Assembly: GCA_965237955.1 (NCBI GenBank)
Contig: OZ250169.1
Span: 7,360,001 to 7,424,000, forward strand
Direction of reading: 5' to 3'
DNA: 64,000 bases
Origin: Candidatus Marinacidobacterales bacterium
GTDB taxonomy: Bacteria > Acidobacteriota > Vicinamibacteria > Marinacidobacterales > SMYC01
This document shows, piece after piece, positions 8,864-19,226 of the stretch; the stretch's first letter is position 1, and each line of letters opens with the position of its first letter. Under the pieces are notes generated by a model, which saw only the letters and a program-made list of their open reading frames with translations, had not been told where the DNA came from and did not search any database. A program made the position numbers and the translations under genes.

Positions 8864-11800
8864 ATGGAAATGCTCGAAACATCAGGTTACCCGCAACTGC
8901 TCCGTGTCATTCGCTACGTCCGCAGCCGGTGGCGGACACGAAACACCCTCAAAGGCGTCGCCTTCCTCGTGCTCTTCGGGCTTTCCGCCTTCGCCATCTC
9001 AGCCTGGGGGATGGAGTACTTTCGCTACACCCCGTGGTCGGTGCGGTTGTTCCGCATCTTTACTTACTTCGCTCTTTTGGCGCTGGCACTCCGCTTCCTG
9101 GTGAGGCCCCTGGCGAAGCGAGTGACCAATGAGCAGGTCGCCCTTTACATGGAAGAGCACGACCCGTCGTTGAAAGAGGCGATATCCAGCGCGATCGAGT
9201 TGGGAGCTCCTTCCGACGAAGCCAGTGCTTCTTCGAAGCTAGCACTCTCAACCGCGCTCATCGAAAAGCTCGTCGAGCAGACCGTCGAGCGGTGCGAGAA
9301 CATCAACTACGGCCATACGATCGAGCAGGACGCACTCAAGAGGAGCTCAGCCATTTTTCTAGGTGTCGCCGTCTTTGGCATGCTTGCCGTTTTGCTCAGT
9401 CCGGGCTTCCTGCGCTATGGAGCTGGATTGCTGTTGAACCCGATGCGGAGCGCCCAGGCAGCGAGCCCGTACCTCATTGTCGTCGAGCCGGGAGATATCG
9501 GGGTCGCCCGCGGCGCCGACCAGCTGGTGACGGCCGAGCTTCGCGGCTTCGACGCCGAAGCGACCGACATCGCGGTCAAGAGCGAAAGCGACACGAGTTG
9601 GCAGCGTTTGCCGATGAGCTTCGATGACGAGACGGGCCGATATACGTTCATGCTGTTCGATCTCGAGGATGCGACCGAGTACTACGTCGAGGCCAACGGA
9701 GTGAGCTCGGAGCGGTTTCGCGTCGACGTTTCCGATCTTCCCTACGTTCGTCAGATCGATCTCGAGTATCACTTCCCGGCTTATACCAGGTTGTCGCCGC
9801 AGCGGGTCGAAGACGGCGGTGACATCGCTGCGCTTCGAGGCACCGAAGTGCATCTCACCATCATCCCCACGGTCAAAGTGGCCGGCGGCGTCCTCCAGAT
9901 CGAAGACAAAGACCCCGTTCCGCTCGAGCTCGGACCCGTTCAGAACTTGGTCCAGAATTTGTCGGTGACCCTCACGGTCAAAGAAGACGGGTTCTATCGA
10001 ATCGACCTCGAAGCATTCGACAACACGTTGCAACCCGCATCGCCCGACTACGTGATCGAGGTTTTGTCGGATCAACCGCCGTCGGTGACGATCGTCAAGC
10101 CAGGCCGCGACTCGAAAGTCAACCCAATCGAGGAAGTGTTCACCGAAATCAAGGGCGAGGACGACTACGGCCTCAGCGTTCTCGAGATCGTCTACTCCGT
10201 GAACGGTGGTGAAGAGCAAATCGTTTCGCTATACAAAGGCGGCAGCAAGAAGGAAATGGTGGCCGGGCACACGTTCTTCCTCGAGGACTACGAGCTCGAG
10301 CCCGGCGACTTCATCTCCTATTACGCCCGCGCGAAAGATGCTGGTAGCAGGCAAACGGCGACGACCGATATCTACTTCATCGAAGCCCGTCCGTTCGATC
10401 GCCGCTACTCGCAAGCGCAAGGCGGCATGCCGGGTGGCGGCGGTGGTGGCGGCGGGATGGAAGGCACGCTGTCCGTCCGGCAGCGCGAAATCGTCGCCGC
10501 GACGTTCAAGCTCATTCGAGACAAGTTGGACTACGCGAAACGGGATTGGGAAGAAAACCTCACCACCATCGCGCTGATGCAGGGCCGGCTGCGCGAGCAA
10601 GTGCAGAACTTGCTGCGGCGTATGGTCAATCGCGGCATCTCTGGCATTGAGGGCGAGTTCGCGACCATCAGCGAGTCGCTCAAAAAGGCCATCGACGAGA
10701 TGGGGCCTGCGGAAGAGAAGCTGACCGCAAAGGACCCCGACCAGGCGATGCCGTACGAGCAGCGCGCCCTCAGGCACCTCCAGCGAGCCGACGCGGTGTT
10801 TCGCGAAGTGCAGGTGTCGTTTCAAGGCGGCGGTGGTGGCGGCGGCGGGCAAGCGGCGAGCGCCGAAGACCTCGCCGATTTGTTCGAGCTCGAGCTCGAC
10901 AAGCTCAGAAACCAGTACGAGACCGTTCAGCGCGGGCAGCAGCAGAGCGTTGACAACGAAGTCGACGAAGCGCTTCAGCGTTTGCAAGAGCTTGCGAGAC
11001 GCCAGCAGCAGGAGAACGAGCGGCTGAGACGCCAGGCCAACCGTTTGCGGAACCAAGGCGGCGGCGGTTCCGGAGCCAATCAGCGCGAGCTCGCCGAGGA
11101 GACCGAAGAGCTCGCCCGTAAGCTCGAGCGTCTCGCCCGTGAGCACTCGTTGCCCGACCTGAAGGATACCGCCCGACGGATCGAGCAAGCTGCGAACTCG
11201 ATGCGGCGCTCGGGCCCGCGCGGTGATGACGGCGCGCTCGCCGAAGGGTTGTCGGCGCTCGACAAGTTGAAAGACGCGCGGCGGCTGCTCGACAAGAACC
11301 GCTCGGTGCGGCTCGAGCGCGACCTCGAGGACGCGATGCAACAAGTAGACCGCATCGCCTCTCAACAGGAACGGGTCCAGTCCGAAGTCGAAAAACTGGC
11401 CGCGGAAAGCCAAGGTGCGGGAGGGGGCGAGCGCTTGCAGCGCATCTTCGAGCGCAAGGACGAGCTCGCCGACCAGGTCGCGAGCCTCGAGTCGCAACTC
11501 GATCGCATGGCGCGCGATTCCCGGCGCGAGCAAAAAGACGCGTCGCGCAAGATTCAAGACGCCGCCAATTCCATTCGCGACACCAAGCTCAAAGAAAAAA
11601 TCCGGTACAGCAAGGGCGTGGTCCAGAGCCGCTCGGGCGAGTACGCCGATAATTTTGAGAACGTTATCAGCGACGATATCGAATCTCTGCGCGAACGCCT
11701 CGGCGAGGCCTCCGGGGCGATCGGCGAGTCCGAAGAAGATCAGGTCGCGGAGGCGATCGAGCAGACTCGTGACCTCGTGAGAAACCTCGAGTCGCTTTCG

Positions 11801-12415
11801 GAGCGCATCCGCGAGCGAAGAGAAGCTGCGACCCGCGGCTTACGTCCTGGTGCGCAAGAAAGGCAGGAAGGGCAGGAAGGGCAGGAAGGGCAGGAAGGGC
11901 AGGAAGGGCAGCAGGGCCAGCAAGGTCAACAGGGACAGCAGGGACAGCAAGGTCAGCAGGGGCAGCAGGGACAAGGACAGGGTGGTCAACAACGTCGCCT
12001 TGGGGGGCAGACGTCCATCGGTGCTGGAGGTGACGGTAGTCCCGGGGCCTATCAGCCTGGCACGTTCTCGACCGAAGAGCTTCGGCAGATGCGCCGCGAG
12101 TTTCGCGAGCGCGTTTCGGACGCCGAGGGGCTCCGCCAGGAGCTCGCGCGTCAGAACTTGGACGTGCCCAACCTCAGTGAGATCATCCAGCGTATGGAAG
12201 AGTTCGAGAGAAAGCAGATCTACCTGAACCCACTCGGTCTCGAGCAGCTCGAGGAAGATGTCCTCACCGAGCTCAAACAGTTCGAGTACTGGCTCAGGCG
12301 TGAGCTCGAAGGTCTCGGAGAGGGCGAGCTCTACCTGGCCGGCTCGGATCAGGTCCCGTCCGAGTACCATACGCTCGTCGAGGAATACTTCCGCTCCCTG
12401 AGCCGCAACCCATAG
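8864..12415 (+). CDS. Large membrane-anchored coiled-coil protein (DUF4175-like)
   Basis: N-terminal TMs, beta-rich region with DDYG motif, long Q/E-rich coiled coil, VPSEYHTLVEEYFRSL terminus. Confidence 0.8.
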   Translation: MEMLETSGYPQLLRVIRYVRSRWRTRNTLKGVAFLVLFGLSAFAISAWGMEYFRYTPWSVRLFRIFTYFALLALALRFLVRPLAKRVTNEQVALYMEEHDPSLKEAISSAIELGAPSDEASASSKLALSTALIEKLVEQTVERCENINYGHTIEQDALKRSSAIFLGVAVFGMLAVLLSPGFLRYGAGLLLNPMRSAQAASPYLIVVEPGDIGVARGADQLVTAELRGFDAEATDIAVKSESDTSWQRLPMSFDDETGRYTFMLFDLEDATEYYVEANGVSSERFRVDVSDLPYVRQIDLEYHFPAYTRLSPQRVEDGGDIAALRGTEVHLTIIPTVKVAGGVLQIEDKDPVPLELGPVQNLVQNLSVTLTVKEDGFYRIDLEAFDNTLQPASPDYVIEVLSDQPPSVTIVKPGRDSKVNPIEEVFTEIKGEDDYGLSVLEIVYSVNGGEEQIVSLYKGGSKKEMVAGHTFFLEDYELEPGDFISYYARAKDAGSRQTATTDIYFIEARPFDRRYSQAQGGMPGGGGGGGGMEGTLSVRQREIVAATFKLIRDKLDYAKRDWEENLTTIALMQGRLREQVQNLLRRMVNRGISGIEGEFATISESLKKAIDEMGPAEEKLTAKDPDQAMPYEQRALRHLQRADAVFREVQVSFQGGGGGGGGQAASAEDLADLFELELDKLRNQYETVQRGQQQSVDNEVDEALQRLQELARRQQQENERLRRQANRLRNQGGGGSGANQRELAEETEELARKLERLAREHSLPDLKDTARRIEQAANSMRRSGPRGDDGALAEGLSALDKLKDARRLLDKNRSVRLERDLEDAMQQVDRIASQQERVQSEVEKLAAESQGAGGGERLQRIFERKDELADQVASLESQLDRMARDSRREQKDASRKIQDAANSIRDTKLKEKIRYSKGVVQSRSGEYADNFENVISDDIESLRERLGEASGAIGESEEDQVAEAIEQTRDLVRNLESLSERIRERREAATRGLRPGAQERQEGQEGQEGQEGQEGQQGQQGQQGQQGQQGQQGQQGQGQGGQQRRLGGQTSIGAGGDGSPGAYQPGTFSTEELRQMRREFRERVSDAEGLRQELARQNLDVPNLSEIIQRMEEFERKQIYLNPLGLEQLEEDVLTELKQFEYWLRRELEGLGEGELYLAGSDQVPSEYHTLVEEYFRSLSRNP
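11862..11985 (+). repeat. Coding 9-bp tandem repeat (GQE)n(GQQ)n
   Basis: GGCAGGAAG repeats followed by degenerate GQQ codons. Confidence 0.9.
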
Positions 12416-12422
12416 TTTTTTT

Positions 12423-14141
12423 GCCTCTCCTGCCATTTCAGTGGATCCTCTCGAGGGTGAGACCGCCACAGTTTAGGTAGACGAGACTGATGAGAGCTTC
12501 GGCAGAGTGGAGTCCAAAGCTGCGGTGGCTCAGCAGCCGGATTTTGTTGTTCATTCCTTCGAGTCGGCCGTTGCTGAGTCTCCACGTGACCCACGCGATG
12601 ACGCCATCGAAGTGGCTGCGGATCATCTTCGCCGCGCGTTTGACGGGCTCTATCCTCGAGCTCATAGCGCGCCGCAGCCATCCTCGGAGAAACTTCTTGG
12701 CCCATGTCTCGGTTTTGTAGGTGTAGAGGTCCATGAAGTCGTCGCGCAGAAGCATGGCGCGGTAGAGGCGACGATTAGCTCGCACCTGCTCGCGGAGCAC
12801 CCGTTTGTCTTTCGCGCTGCGGTTGTGTTTGGCCTTGAGAAGGGGAAACTTGGTGTTCTTGAGGTTGCGCCGGGCAGTCCCTTTGAGCTCGCGCACCAGC
12901 TCGCGCCGGGTCTTATCCACGGCCTCGTTCAGATGCTTGACGATGTGGAAGCGGTCAAAGATCACCCGTGCCTGAGGAGCCTTTTTGCCGACGACAGTTA
13001 TGTACGGCTCCCACATGTCCATGCTGACCGCTTCGAGCTCCGCGGCTCTTTGTGGTCCGAGCTTGCGGAAAAACCGCAGCAGCGTCTTGGCCTTGCGCTC
13101 CTTTCCCGCCCAGACGACCCGGCCGCTGAGATGGTCTATTACCACTGTTAAGTACTTGTGGCGTTTGCGGTAGCTGATCTCGTCCATCCCAATCACCCGC
13201 AATCCATCGAGCTCGCGCCGCTCATCCCGCTGCTCGGCAACCACTCGCTGGATGATCCGTCGCACCGAACGCCACGTCACTCGGAAATAGTTCGCTACGG
13301 CGCTGACGTCCGTCCTCTGTGCCAGCCACGCTACCTCTTGTTCGAAGCTTTTGGTAAAGCGGCTTCCCTTGTCTGCCCAAGGCACCTTTTCTCTGACCAC
13401 TCCACACCGCCGACATACCACTCGTCGGATCGAGTAGCGAAGATAGGTCCGGACTCCGAACAGGTCCAAGTGCCGCCAGTAGCGATTGTAGCGATCTTTG
13501 TTCTTGCGGACCTTTCGTCCGCAAATCCCGCACAGAGGCTTCCTCCTCCGTGGTACTACATCCACCACCACTCTGGCTTTGTCCGCCTGGAAGTGGAAAC
13601 CTCGGACCCACAGGCCTTGCAATCCGATGAGCTTGTTGACTAACGTAGTAACGCGCATCGCGGGAACGCTCTTTTCTCTTTCGGAAAAAAAGATTCTAGC
13701 GTTCTCGCCGATGCGCATCTACACATGGCTTACCCTCTCAACCCACGGGCCTCACCAAATGCCACTGCCCCTCAGCGGGAGACGAGGCTGTGGGAAACGC
13801 CCCCACGGTTCTGGTCGTTCAGACCTTGCTCACGACTGAGTTCTCTTCGAAGCCTGGAAGGGCGTTTTCCATAGCCTCCACTAATCGAGCCCCCCCTTCC
13901 TTATTCCATATGAATTAATCTTTCTTGTATATATATCAGGAGGGGCCTGTGGGCGCTCGTGGGAAACGCGAAGCGTTTTCCAAGCGATTGTGGAAAACGC
14001 CGCTCCACGTTTGTACGTGCTCACAACCTTTCCCTAAACGCCTCTCTCGCCCGGAGTTTCCGGCGTTTTCCACAATCGCGGCAGCGTCCATAGGCCATGC
14101 CCTCCAACACAAATCAGATCCCCCGAAACGACAGGAGAACC
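12423..14141 (-). mobile_element. ISL3-family insertion sequence, complete
   Basis: Imperfect terminal IRs GCCTCTCCTGCCATTTCAGTGGATC / GATCCCCCGAAACGACAGGAGAACC; 8-bp direct repeat GTTTTTTT at 12415-12422 and 14142-14149. Confidence 0.92.
12438..13658 (-). CDS. ISL3 transposase
   Basis: Zn finger CGICG...CRRCG, IGMDEISYRKRHKYLT, SMDMWEPY, FDRFHI, SNGRLEGMNNKI. Confidence 0.95.
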   Translation of the reverse strand: MRVTTLVNKLIGLQGLWVRGFHFQADKARVVVDVVPRRRKPLCGICGRKVRKNKDRYNRYWRHLDLFGVRTYLRYSIRRVVCRRCGVVREKVPWADKGSRFTKSFEQEVAWLAQRTDVSAVANYFRVTWRSVRRIIQRVVAEQRDERRELDGLRVIGMDEISYRKRHKYLTVVIDHLSGRVVWAGKERKAKTLLRFFRKLGPQRAAELEAVSMDMWEPYITVVGKKAPQARVIFDRFHIVKHLNEAVDKTRRELVRELKGTARRNLKNTKFPLLKAKHNRSAKDKRVLREQVRANRRLYRAMLLRDDFMDLYTYKTETWAKKFLRGWLRRAMSSRIEPVKRAAKMIRSHFDGVIAWVTWRLSNGRLEGMNNKIRLLSHRSFGLHSAEALISLVYLNCGGLTLERIH

Positions 14142-14235
14142 GTTTTTTTCTCGTGGTGGCCGCTTTTCAACCCCGGATTCGGGTGTTACGCTGGTCGTAA
14201 CCAAGAAAACTGCAGTTCTGGGGGGGTCCTAATCC

Positions 14236-14847
14236 ATGACGTCCAAGATCGCTTATCTTTTGGCGCTCGGCCTTCTCGTGTCGGTTTGTGCGGCGTCGCA
14301 TTCTCAGTCGTTGGGCGAGCTTGCCAAGAAAGAGCGGGAGCGGCGCGAGAAAAACAAAGACAACGGCGTCACCGCGCGCGAGTTCTCGGAAACTGAGATC
14401 TTCGAAGATGATGACGAAGAAGAAGCAGACGTCGACGATGCGGGCGTCGAGGGCGAAAGCAAAAGCGATGTACCGGGTGACGCAGCATCCACTTCACCTC
14501 TTCCTAACCGCATCGACGTCGCCGTCGAGCCCGCCGACGACTCCGAGAGGATCGAGGAGGAAAGCCGCGATCGGAAGCTGCAGGAAGCCGAGTGGCGCAA
14601 CCGATTCCACGAGGCGCGGGAGCGCGTTGGCCTCGCGCGGGAGCAAAAGGCGGTTTGGGACGGAGTCCACTACGTCGAAGGAATCAAGCTCGTCGACGAG
14701 AACGGGAACGTCGTCGTTGAATCGCTCGACGACCTTCGCCGTTTCGTGGCGGAAGCGAGCCAAGAGCTCACCGACGCCGAGCGCGCGTTGAGAAACCTCG
14801 GGGAAGAAGCCCGCCGCGCCGGCGTGCCGCCCGGCTGGCTACGCTGA
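14236..14847 (+). CDS. Hypothetical secreted acidic protein
   Basis: Signal peptide, QSLGELAKKERERR, EEARRAGVPPGWLR terminus. Confidence 0.75.
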   Translation: MTSKIAYLLALGLLVSVCAASHSQSLGELAKKERERREKNKDNGVTAREFSETEIFEDDDEEEADVDDAGVEGESKSDVPGDAASTSPLPNRIDVAVEPADDSERIEEESRDRKLQEAEWRNRFHEARERVGLAREQKAVWDGVHYVEGIKLVDENGNVVVESLDDLRRFVAEASQELTDAERALRNLGEEARRAGVPPGWLR

Positions 14848-15972
14848 GCCGCCAGCGGCAGGGACGAGCGTTCCCGCTGCGACGCTGACGAAAGCCGCAA
14901 CAGCCGCGCCGTCACCGAGCACCGACCCCAGGCGCGCGAGCTCGGGCACGACTGTCTTGCCTTTGACGTCGATCGAAAGCTCGCTGCCACTGCGGCTTTC
15001 GAGGGTCGCACCCTCGCCGATGTGCACACCTCGGCCGAGGACGGAATCCAGAACTCTCGCCCCCTTGCCGATGTGTGCGCCTTCGAAAACCGAAACGCCC
15101 TCGAGAACCGCGTCATTCTCGATCGTGGTTCCGGCCCCGATCGTCGTGGGCCCAAGAAGGCGGACCCCGTCGCCGATGCGTACGTCGTCACCGATCCAGA
15201 TCGGTCCTTCGGTGTCGACGTTCCCAAGCGAGCCTTCGACACGTTCCCCGACTTGCTCGAAGACACCGAGATCCCGCGCACGGCCAGGTGCGGACCAAAT
15301 GTGATGGATCGCCGTGAGCACGTCCCACGCGTAGGTCAGCGGTAACCACCATTGGCCTATCCGTTGTGGGCGGATCGAGGAGGCGTTGACGAGACGCAAG
15401 ATGAAATCGGGAAGCTCGAGCTCCCCGCGTGGGCTCAGCGGAAGATCCTCGAGCAGTTCGAGGTCACTCGCTTCAACCGAGTAGCCTCCGACGCTGCACC
15501 AAGAGCCCCGAGGCGCATCCGCCGGTTTCTCGACAATATCCGTGATGATGTCGTTTTCGATACGGACCACGGCGCGATTCTGTGGGTCGGTTGCTTGGGT
15601 GACGAGAAGACCGCGTCCACCGTCGGCGAGATTTTTCAGATCGTCGTGATGGTAGAAATCATCCCCGTTCAAGATGAGGACCCGCTCGTCGACGAGGGGC
15701 CGCGCCGCCGCCACCGCGTCCGCGGTTCCGCGCTGTTTTTTTTGCTCTACGTACCGGAGCCGAATCCCTGTGTGCTCGTCTCCGAAGTGAGCTTCGATTT
15801 GCTCCTTGCGGTAGCCAACGACGAGGAGCGCTTCGTCGACGATTCCCGAGAGCTGCGCGAGTTGATGCTCGAGGAGTGGCCTATCCCAAATCGGAACCAG
15901 CGGTTTCGGTCGCGTGCTCGTGAGGGGATAGGTGCGGGTGGAGCGCCCCGCGGCGAGGATCACAGCTTGCAT
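14839..15972 (-). CDS. Sugar-phosphate nucleotidyltransferase with hexapeptide-repeat domain (archaeal GlmU/RmlA-like)
   Basis: MQAVILAAGRSTRTYPLT..RPKPL, GTADA, LNGDD, SPRGELELPD, C-terminal IG.G hexapeptide repeats. Confidence 0.88.
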   Translation of the reverse strand: MQAVILAAGRSTRTYPLTSTRPKPLVPIWDRPLLEHQLAQLSGIVDEALLVVGYRKEQIEAHFGDEHTGIRLRYVEQKKQRGTADAVAAARPLVDERVLILNGDDFYHHDDLKNLADGGRGLLVTQATDPQNRAVVRIENDIITDIVEKPADAPRGSWCSVGGYSVEASDLELLEDLPLSPRGELELPDFILRLVNASSIRPQRIGQWWLPLTYAWDVLTAIHHIWSAPGRARDLGVFEQVGERVEGSLGNVDTEGPIWIGDDVRIGDGVRLLGPTTIGAGTTIENDAVLEGVSVFEGAHIGKGARVLDSVLGRGVHIGEGATLESRSGSELSIDVKGKTVVPELARLGSVLGDGAAVAAFVSVAAGTLVPAAGGSA

Positions 15973-16050
15973 GCGCTCGCGAGAGCGTACCACGAGGTCG
16001 CGGACAACGCGCGATCGGGGTAAACTAACCGACAATTTAGAGAGCTCACT

Positions 16051-17016
16051 ATGGCCAGTTTTGTCGCAGAGCGCGCTCTGCCGCACCTCCAGGTGGTCGA
16101 CTTGTCTCGAGTGCGGCCCCAGGAGCTCAAGAACCTTTGGGAGCGTGAGGTTCGCTTGTGGCGCGACAAGCTCGACTGGGATGTCTCCGGAGCGATGACC
16201 GCACTGGAGCGCGCCGTCGATCGGGGGGGGCTAACCGGTAAGGCGATCCGGTGTGGCGGGGCGGTTGCCGCTTACGCTTACTACGTCGTCGAAGGCGAGC
16301 GCGGTGTGATCTTGGGGCTGGTCGTTTCGCCGTCGTTCCGTGGTCGTCACATCGGGACCGCGATCGTGGACGCCATCGTCGACGAGATCGACCACCGCAA
16401 CGTGCGACGGATCGAGACGCAGTTCATCTGCTTCGATGCCCCGTGGCTTATGTCGTGCTTTGAGGAGCAGGGTTTTTCGACCCACTGGCGCGAGTTCCTG
16501 CGGGTGTCGATCTCGCGTCCAAGGCCGCAACACGCGTCTTCGAATCAAGTCATGATTCTTCCGTGGACCGCGTGGAATCTTTCGGGAATGGCCGCGCTCA
16601 TGGAACAGGCGCACCGCGGCGGCGTCGATTCGGTGATGAACGAGCTCTACCGAACGAGCGACGGTTGTCGCATGCTGTTGAACAACATCATCCGTCAGCG
16701 AGGCTGCGGCCGATCGCTCACCGAAGCCTCTTCCGTTGCTCGCGAGCGGTCCACCGACCTCCCTGCCGGCTTCGCCATCGTCACCGAGATCGGACACCGG
16801 CACGGGCACCTTGCCCAGGTTGCCGTGGCGCCGACGTTTCAAGGGCAAGGCGTGGGGCATCGCTTGGTGGGTCATACGTTCTCGCGTCTCGGTGAGCTCG
16901 GGCTCGACACCTTGTCGCTCATGGTGAGCCGGGGAAACGAGCGGGCGGTCAGCTTGTACCGCTCGATGGGATTCGAGTCGACCTATCAGTTCCCGGTGTT
17001 CTCTCGCGAGCTCTGA
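16051..17016 (+). CDS. Tandem GNAT acetyltransferase
   Basis: VSPSFRGRHIG and VAPTFQGQGVG acetyl-CoA motifs; NERAVSLYRSMGF. Confidence 0.85.
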   Translation: MASFVAERALPHLQVVDLSRVRPQELKNLWEREVRLWRDKLDWDVSGAMTALERAVDRGGLTGKAIRCGGAVAAYAYYVVEGERGVILGLVVSPSFRGRHIGTAIVDAIVDEIDHRNVRRIETQFICFDAPWLMSCFEEQGFSTHWREFLRVSISRPRPQHASSNQVMILPWTAWNLSGMAALMEQAHRGGVDSVMNELYRTSDGCRMLLNNIIRQRGCGRSLTEASSVARERSTDLPAGFAIVTEIGHRHGHLAQVAVAPTFQGQGVGHRLVGHTFSRLGELGLDTLSLMVSRGNERAVSLYRSMGFESTYQFPVFSREL

Positions 17017-19187
17017 GCGGGCTCGAGGACGGAGCCGAGCACTTCGATCTCGGTAAGATCGGGACGCGCCCCATCGATGCCGCGGAGCCTCAGACGGAGC
17101 CGTCGAGTGTCGACCGGATCCACCTTGGCGACCTGAGTGCCGTCCAAAGGCGTTTCCAGAAGGCCGGAAACAAGCTCGGTCACAGCGGGCCAGTCGGCTG
17201 GAGTCTTGGTGTGCATCGAGAAGTGATCGCTCGCGTCTTCGATCAGGACCTCGACACTCGCCACCGGCGCCCGCGGAACCGGTCCGTAGTGGAAGCGGAA
17301 GCCTTCGACACGTGCAAAGGCCGCGAGCTCCACATCGATCTCGAGCTCGGGTGACGTCCCGGAGGGACGCTCGTCGACATTGCCGTCGAACAAGAGTGCC
17401 TCGCTCCCCGAGCTCGGGAGTCGTGTTAGCGTCTCCCAGTGCGAGCTCGTTTCGCCGGGAGCCGGCACGACCTCGTACACCGTCTGGCTTCCGAAATCCC
17501 TGATAGGAAGGAGCGCCGCCCGATGCTCCTCGAGCCCGGAGAGCAGACGCGGCAGGGCGCGCGCGCGAAACGCACCCAAGTGCAGCACGACATAGCGCAC
17601 CGACAATCGCCGCACGAGCGCGATCGCGTCGGGCGAGGGAAAACGCGCCAGAGCGATTTTCATCCATTGATGGGACATCGGAATGAAGCCGCTGTCTCCG
17701 TTCAGCGTGGGTCGAAAGTCGTGGTGGCGTGCCCAGAACATGTAGCGCGTGTCGACGACCTTGAACGGCAACTCCACGATCGGGCCCGGCTTCGCGTGAT
17801 CGCGCAGCCACGCATAGACTTCGGGCGGCTCGTCGCGGTGAGGCGCGAGGCGGTAAGGAAGTGCGTTCGACTCGAAAGCGAAGAAGAGCCCGATCGCGGC
17901 GCATGCCGCTTTGCGCCGGTGAAGGCGTCCGCTGCCTTCGAAGAGCCGCGCGAGGGCGAACGCGGAGAAGACCGACAAACTCAGGAGTGGCAAGAGTCCG
18001 AATCGCGTCAACGCCCTCAAACCGCGGAAGAACACCACATGCTCGTACAAGAACGGATACACGGGCGTGGACGGGCCGAACGACAAGACGATCCCGGCGA
18101 CGAGGATGCCCGCGTAGCAGATGCCGATGCGGCGCCGAGCGGGGTCCTTCAAAAGCATTACCAGGCCGGCGACGCCGAGCACCAGAAGCGTGAGCCCGGG
18201 GAACAAGTAATCGGTGCGTTCGGCTTCGGTCGTCACCGCTTCGCTCAACGTCCGGTAGAGGTGGCTCGAAGAGGCCAGATACGCTTTGGGAGTTGCTGAC
18301 AAACCACCGAGTCCGCTCAAATCCCACTCGACACCGAGCTCATGATGAACCCACATATATGGTAGGGCGAACGGCACGAGAACCAGCGCCATCGCAACCA
18401 AGGCTATCGCGACGTGAGAGAGCTCGCGCCACGAGAACCCGGCGTAGGGGAGCAGTGAGACGAGGACAATGCCGAGCGCCACCGATGCCATCGCGCCCAA
18501 GTACGTTCCCGAGAGAGCTTGGAGCACGAACGCGGCGGTCGCCACGACCAACCAGCGCGCCCGGCGGGTGGCGATGTAGCGATGCAATCCCGCGAGAAAC
18601 AACGGGATGAACGCATAGAGTTGCATCTGGATGTGCGGCAGGCGGTTGAAGCGAAACGGCGCGAACGAAAAAAACAGACCGGCGAGAATAGCCGCCAGGT
18701 GGCTTCGGGTGAGAGAAAACGCGAGCAAATACATGCCGAGCGCGGACGCGAACATCGCAAAAAGGAGAATGAGGTTGTTCGTCAGCACGAGATCGTTCGT
18801 CACCGCGAGCAAGGGTAGAGCCATGATGCCCTGCACGGTGAGGTGCTCGGAATAGGCGAGTGATAGCGGCAGCGGGTAGAACGTATTCGCATCGAAGAGC
18901 TCGAGCGGCTCGTGCACCAGCTGATGCGCAACCCACGACATGGCCCACGCATTCAACCGCGCGTCGCCGTTGTCGAGACGCGAGAGAGACGCCGGGCTGA
19001 ACGCGAGGGGGTAGCTGAGTACGACCGTCGCCAGGGCGAAAATCAAAACCGCGGCGGCGAGCTCCGATGAGGTAAGGGAGGCGTTTTCGTCTCGTCGAGC
19101 GGGAGGACGGCACGAACGCAGGCGGGCCCCCATCCCGCGCGAGGACCGCGGGGCGGGGCGTGGCACCGCCGCTTTTTTCCGGGGCAC
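16986..19187 (-). CDS. Polytopic membrane protein, GT-C/YfhO-like putative glycosyltransferase (start uncertain)
   Basis: GDARLNAW, DANTFYP..LAYSEH, about 12 TMs, LFPG, LNGDSGFIP, soluble C-terminal domain. Confidence 0.7.
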   Translation of the reverse strand: MPRKKAAVPRPAPRSSRGMGARLRSCRPPARRDENASLTSSELAAAVLIFALATVVLSYPLAFSPASLSRLDNGDARLNAWAMSWVAHQLVHEPLELFDANTFYPLPLSLAYSEHLTVQGIMALPLLAVTNDLVLTNNLILLFAMFASALGMYLLAFSLTRSHLAAILAGLFFSFAPFRFNRLPHIQMQLYAFIPLFLAGLHRYIATRRARWLVVATAAFVLQALSGTYLGAMASVALGIVLVSLLPYAGFSWRELSHVAIALVAMALVLVPFALPYMWVHHELGVEWDLSGLGGLSATPKAYLASSSHLYRTLSEAVTTEAERTDYLFPGLTLLVLGVAGLVMLLKDPARRRIGICYAGILVAGIVLSFGPSTPVYPFLYEHVVFFRGLRALTRFGLLPLLSLSVFSAFALARLFEGSGRLHRRKAACAAIGLFFAFESNALPYRLAPHRDEPPEVYAWLRDHAKPGPIVELPFKVVDTRYMFWARHHDFRPTLNGDSGFIPMSHQWMKIALARFPSPDAIALVRRLSVRYVVLHLGAFRARALPRLLSGLEEHRAALLPIRDFGSQTVYEVVPAPGETSSHWETLTRLPSSGSEALLFDGNVDERPSGTSPELEIDVELAAFARVEGFRFHYGPVPRAPVASVEVLIEDASDHFSMHTKTPADWPAVTELVSGLLETPLDGTQVAKVDPVDTRRLRLRLRGIDGARPDLTEIEVLGSVLEPAQSSRENTGN

Positions 19188-19226
19188 CTACGGATTGAAT
19201 CGCATCCGCGGGGGTGGATCAAGTGT

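Noticed and set aside
1379-18327. Long antisense or alternative-frame ORFs (1379-3106, 6882-8318, 10229-11557, 16231-18327; also 35473-37020, 53061-54770)
   Set aside because: They overlap well-supported genes, carry no motifs and are expected in high-GC DNA.
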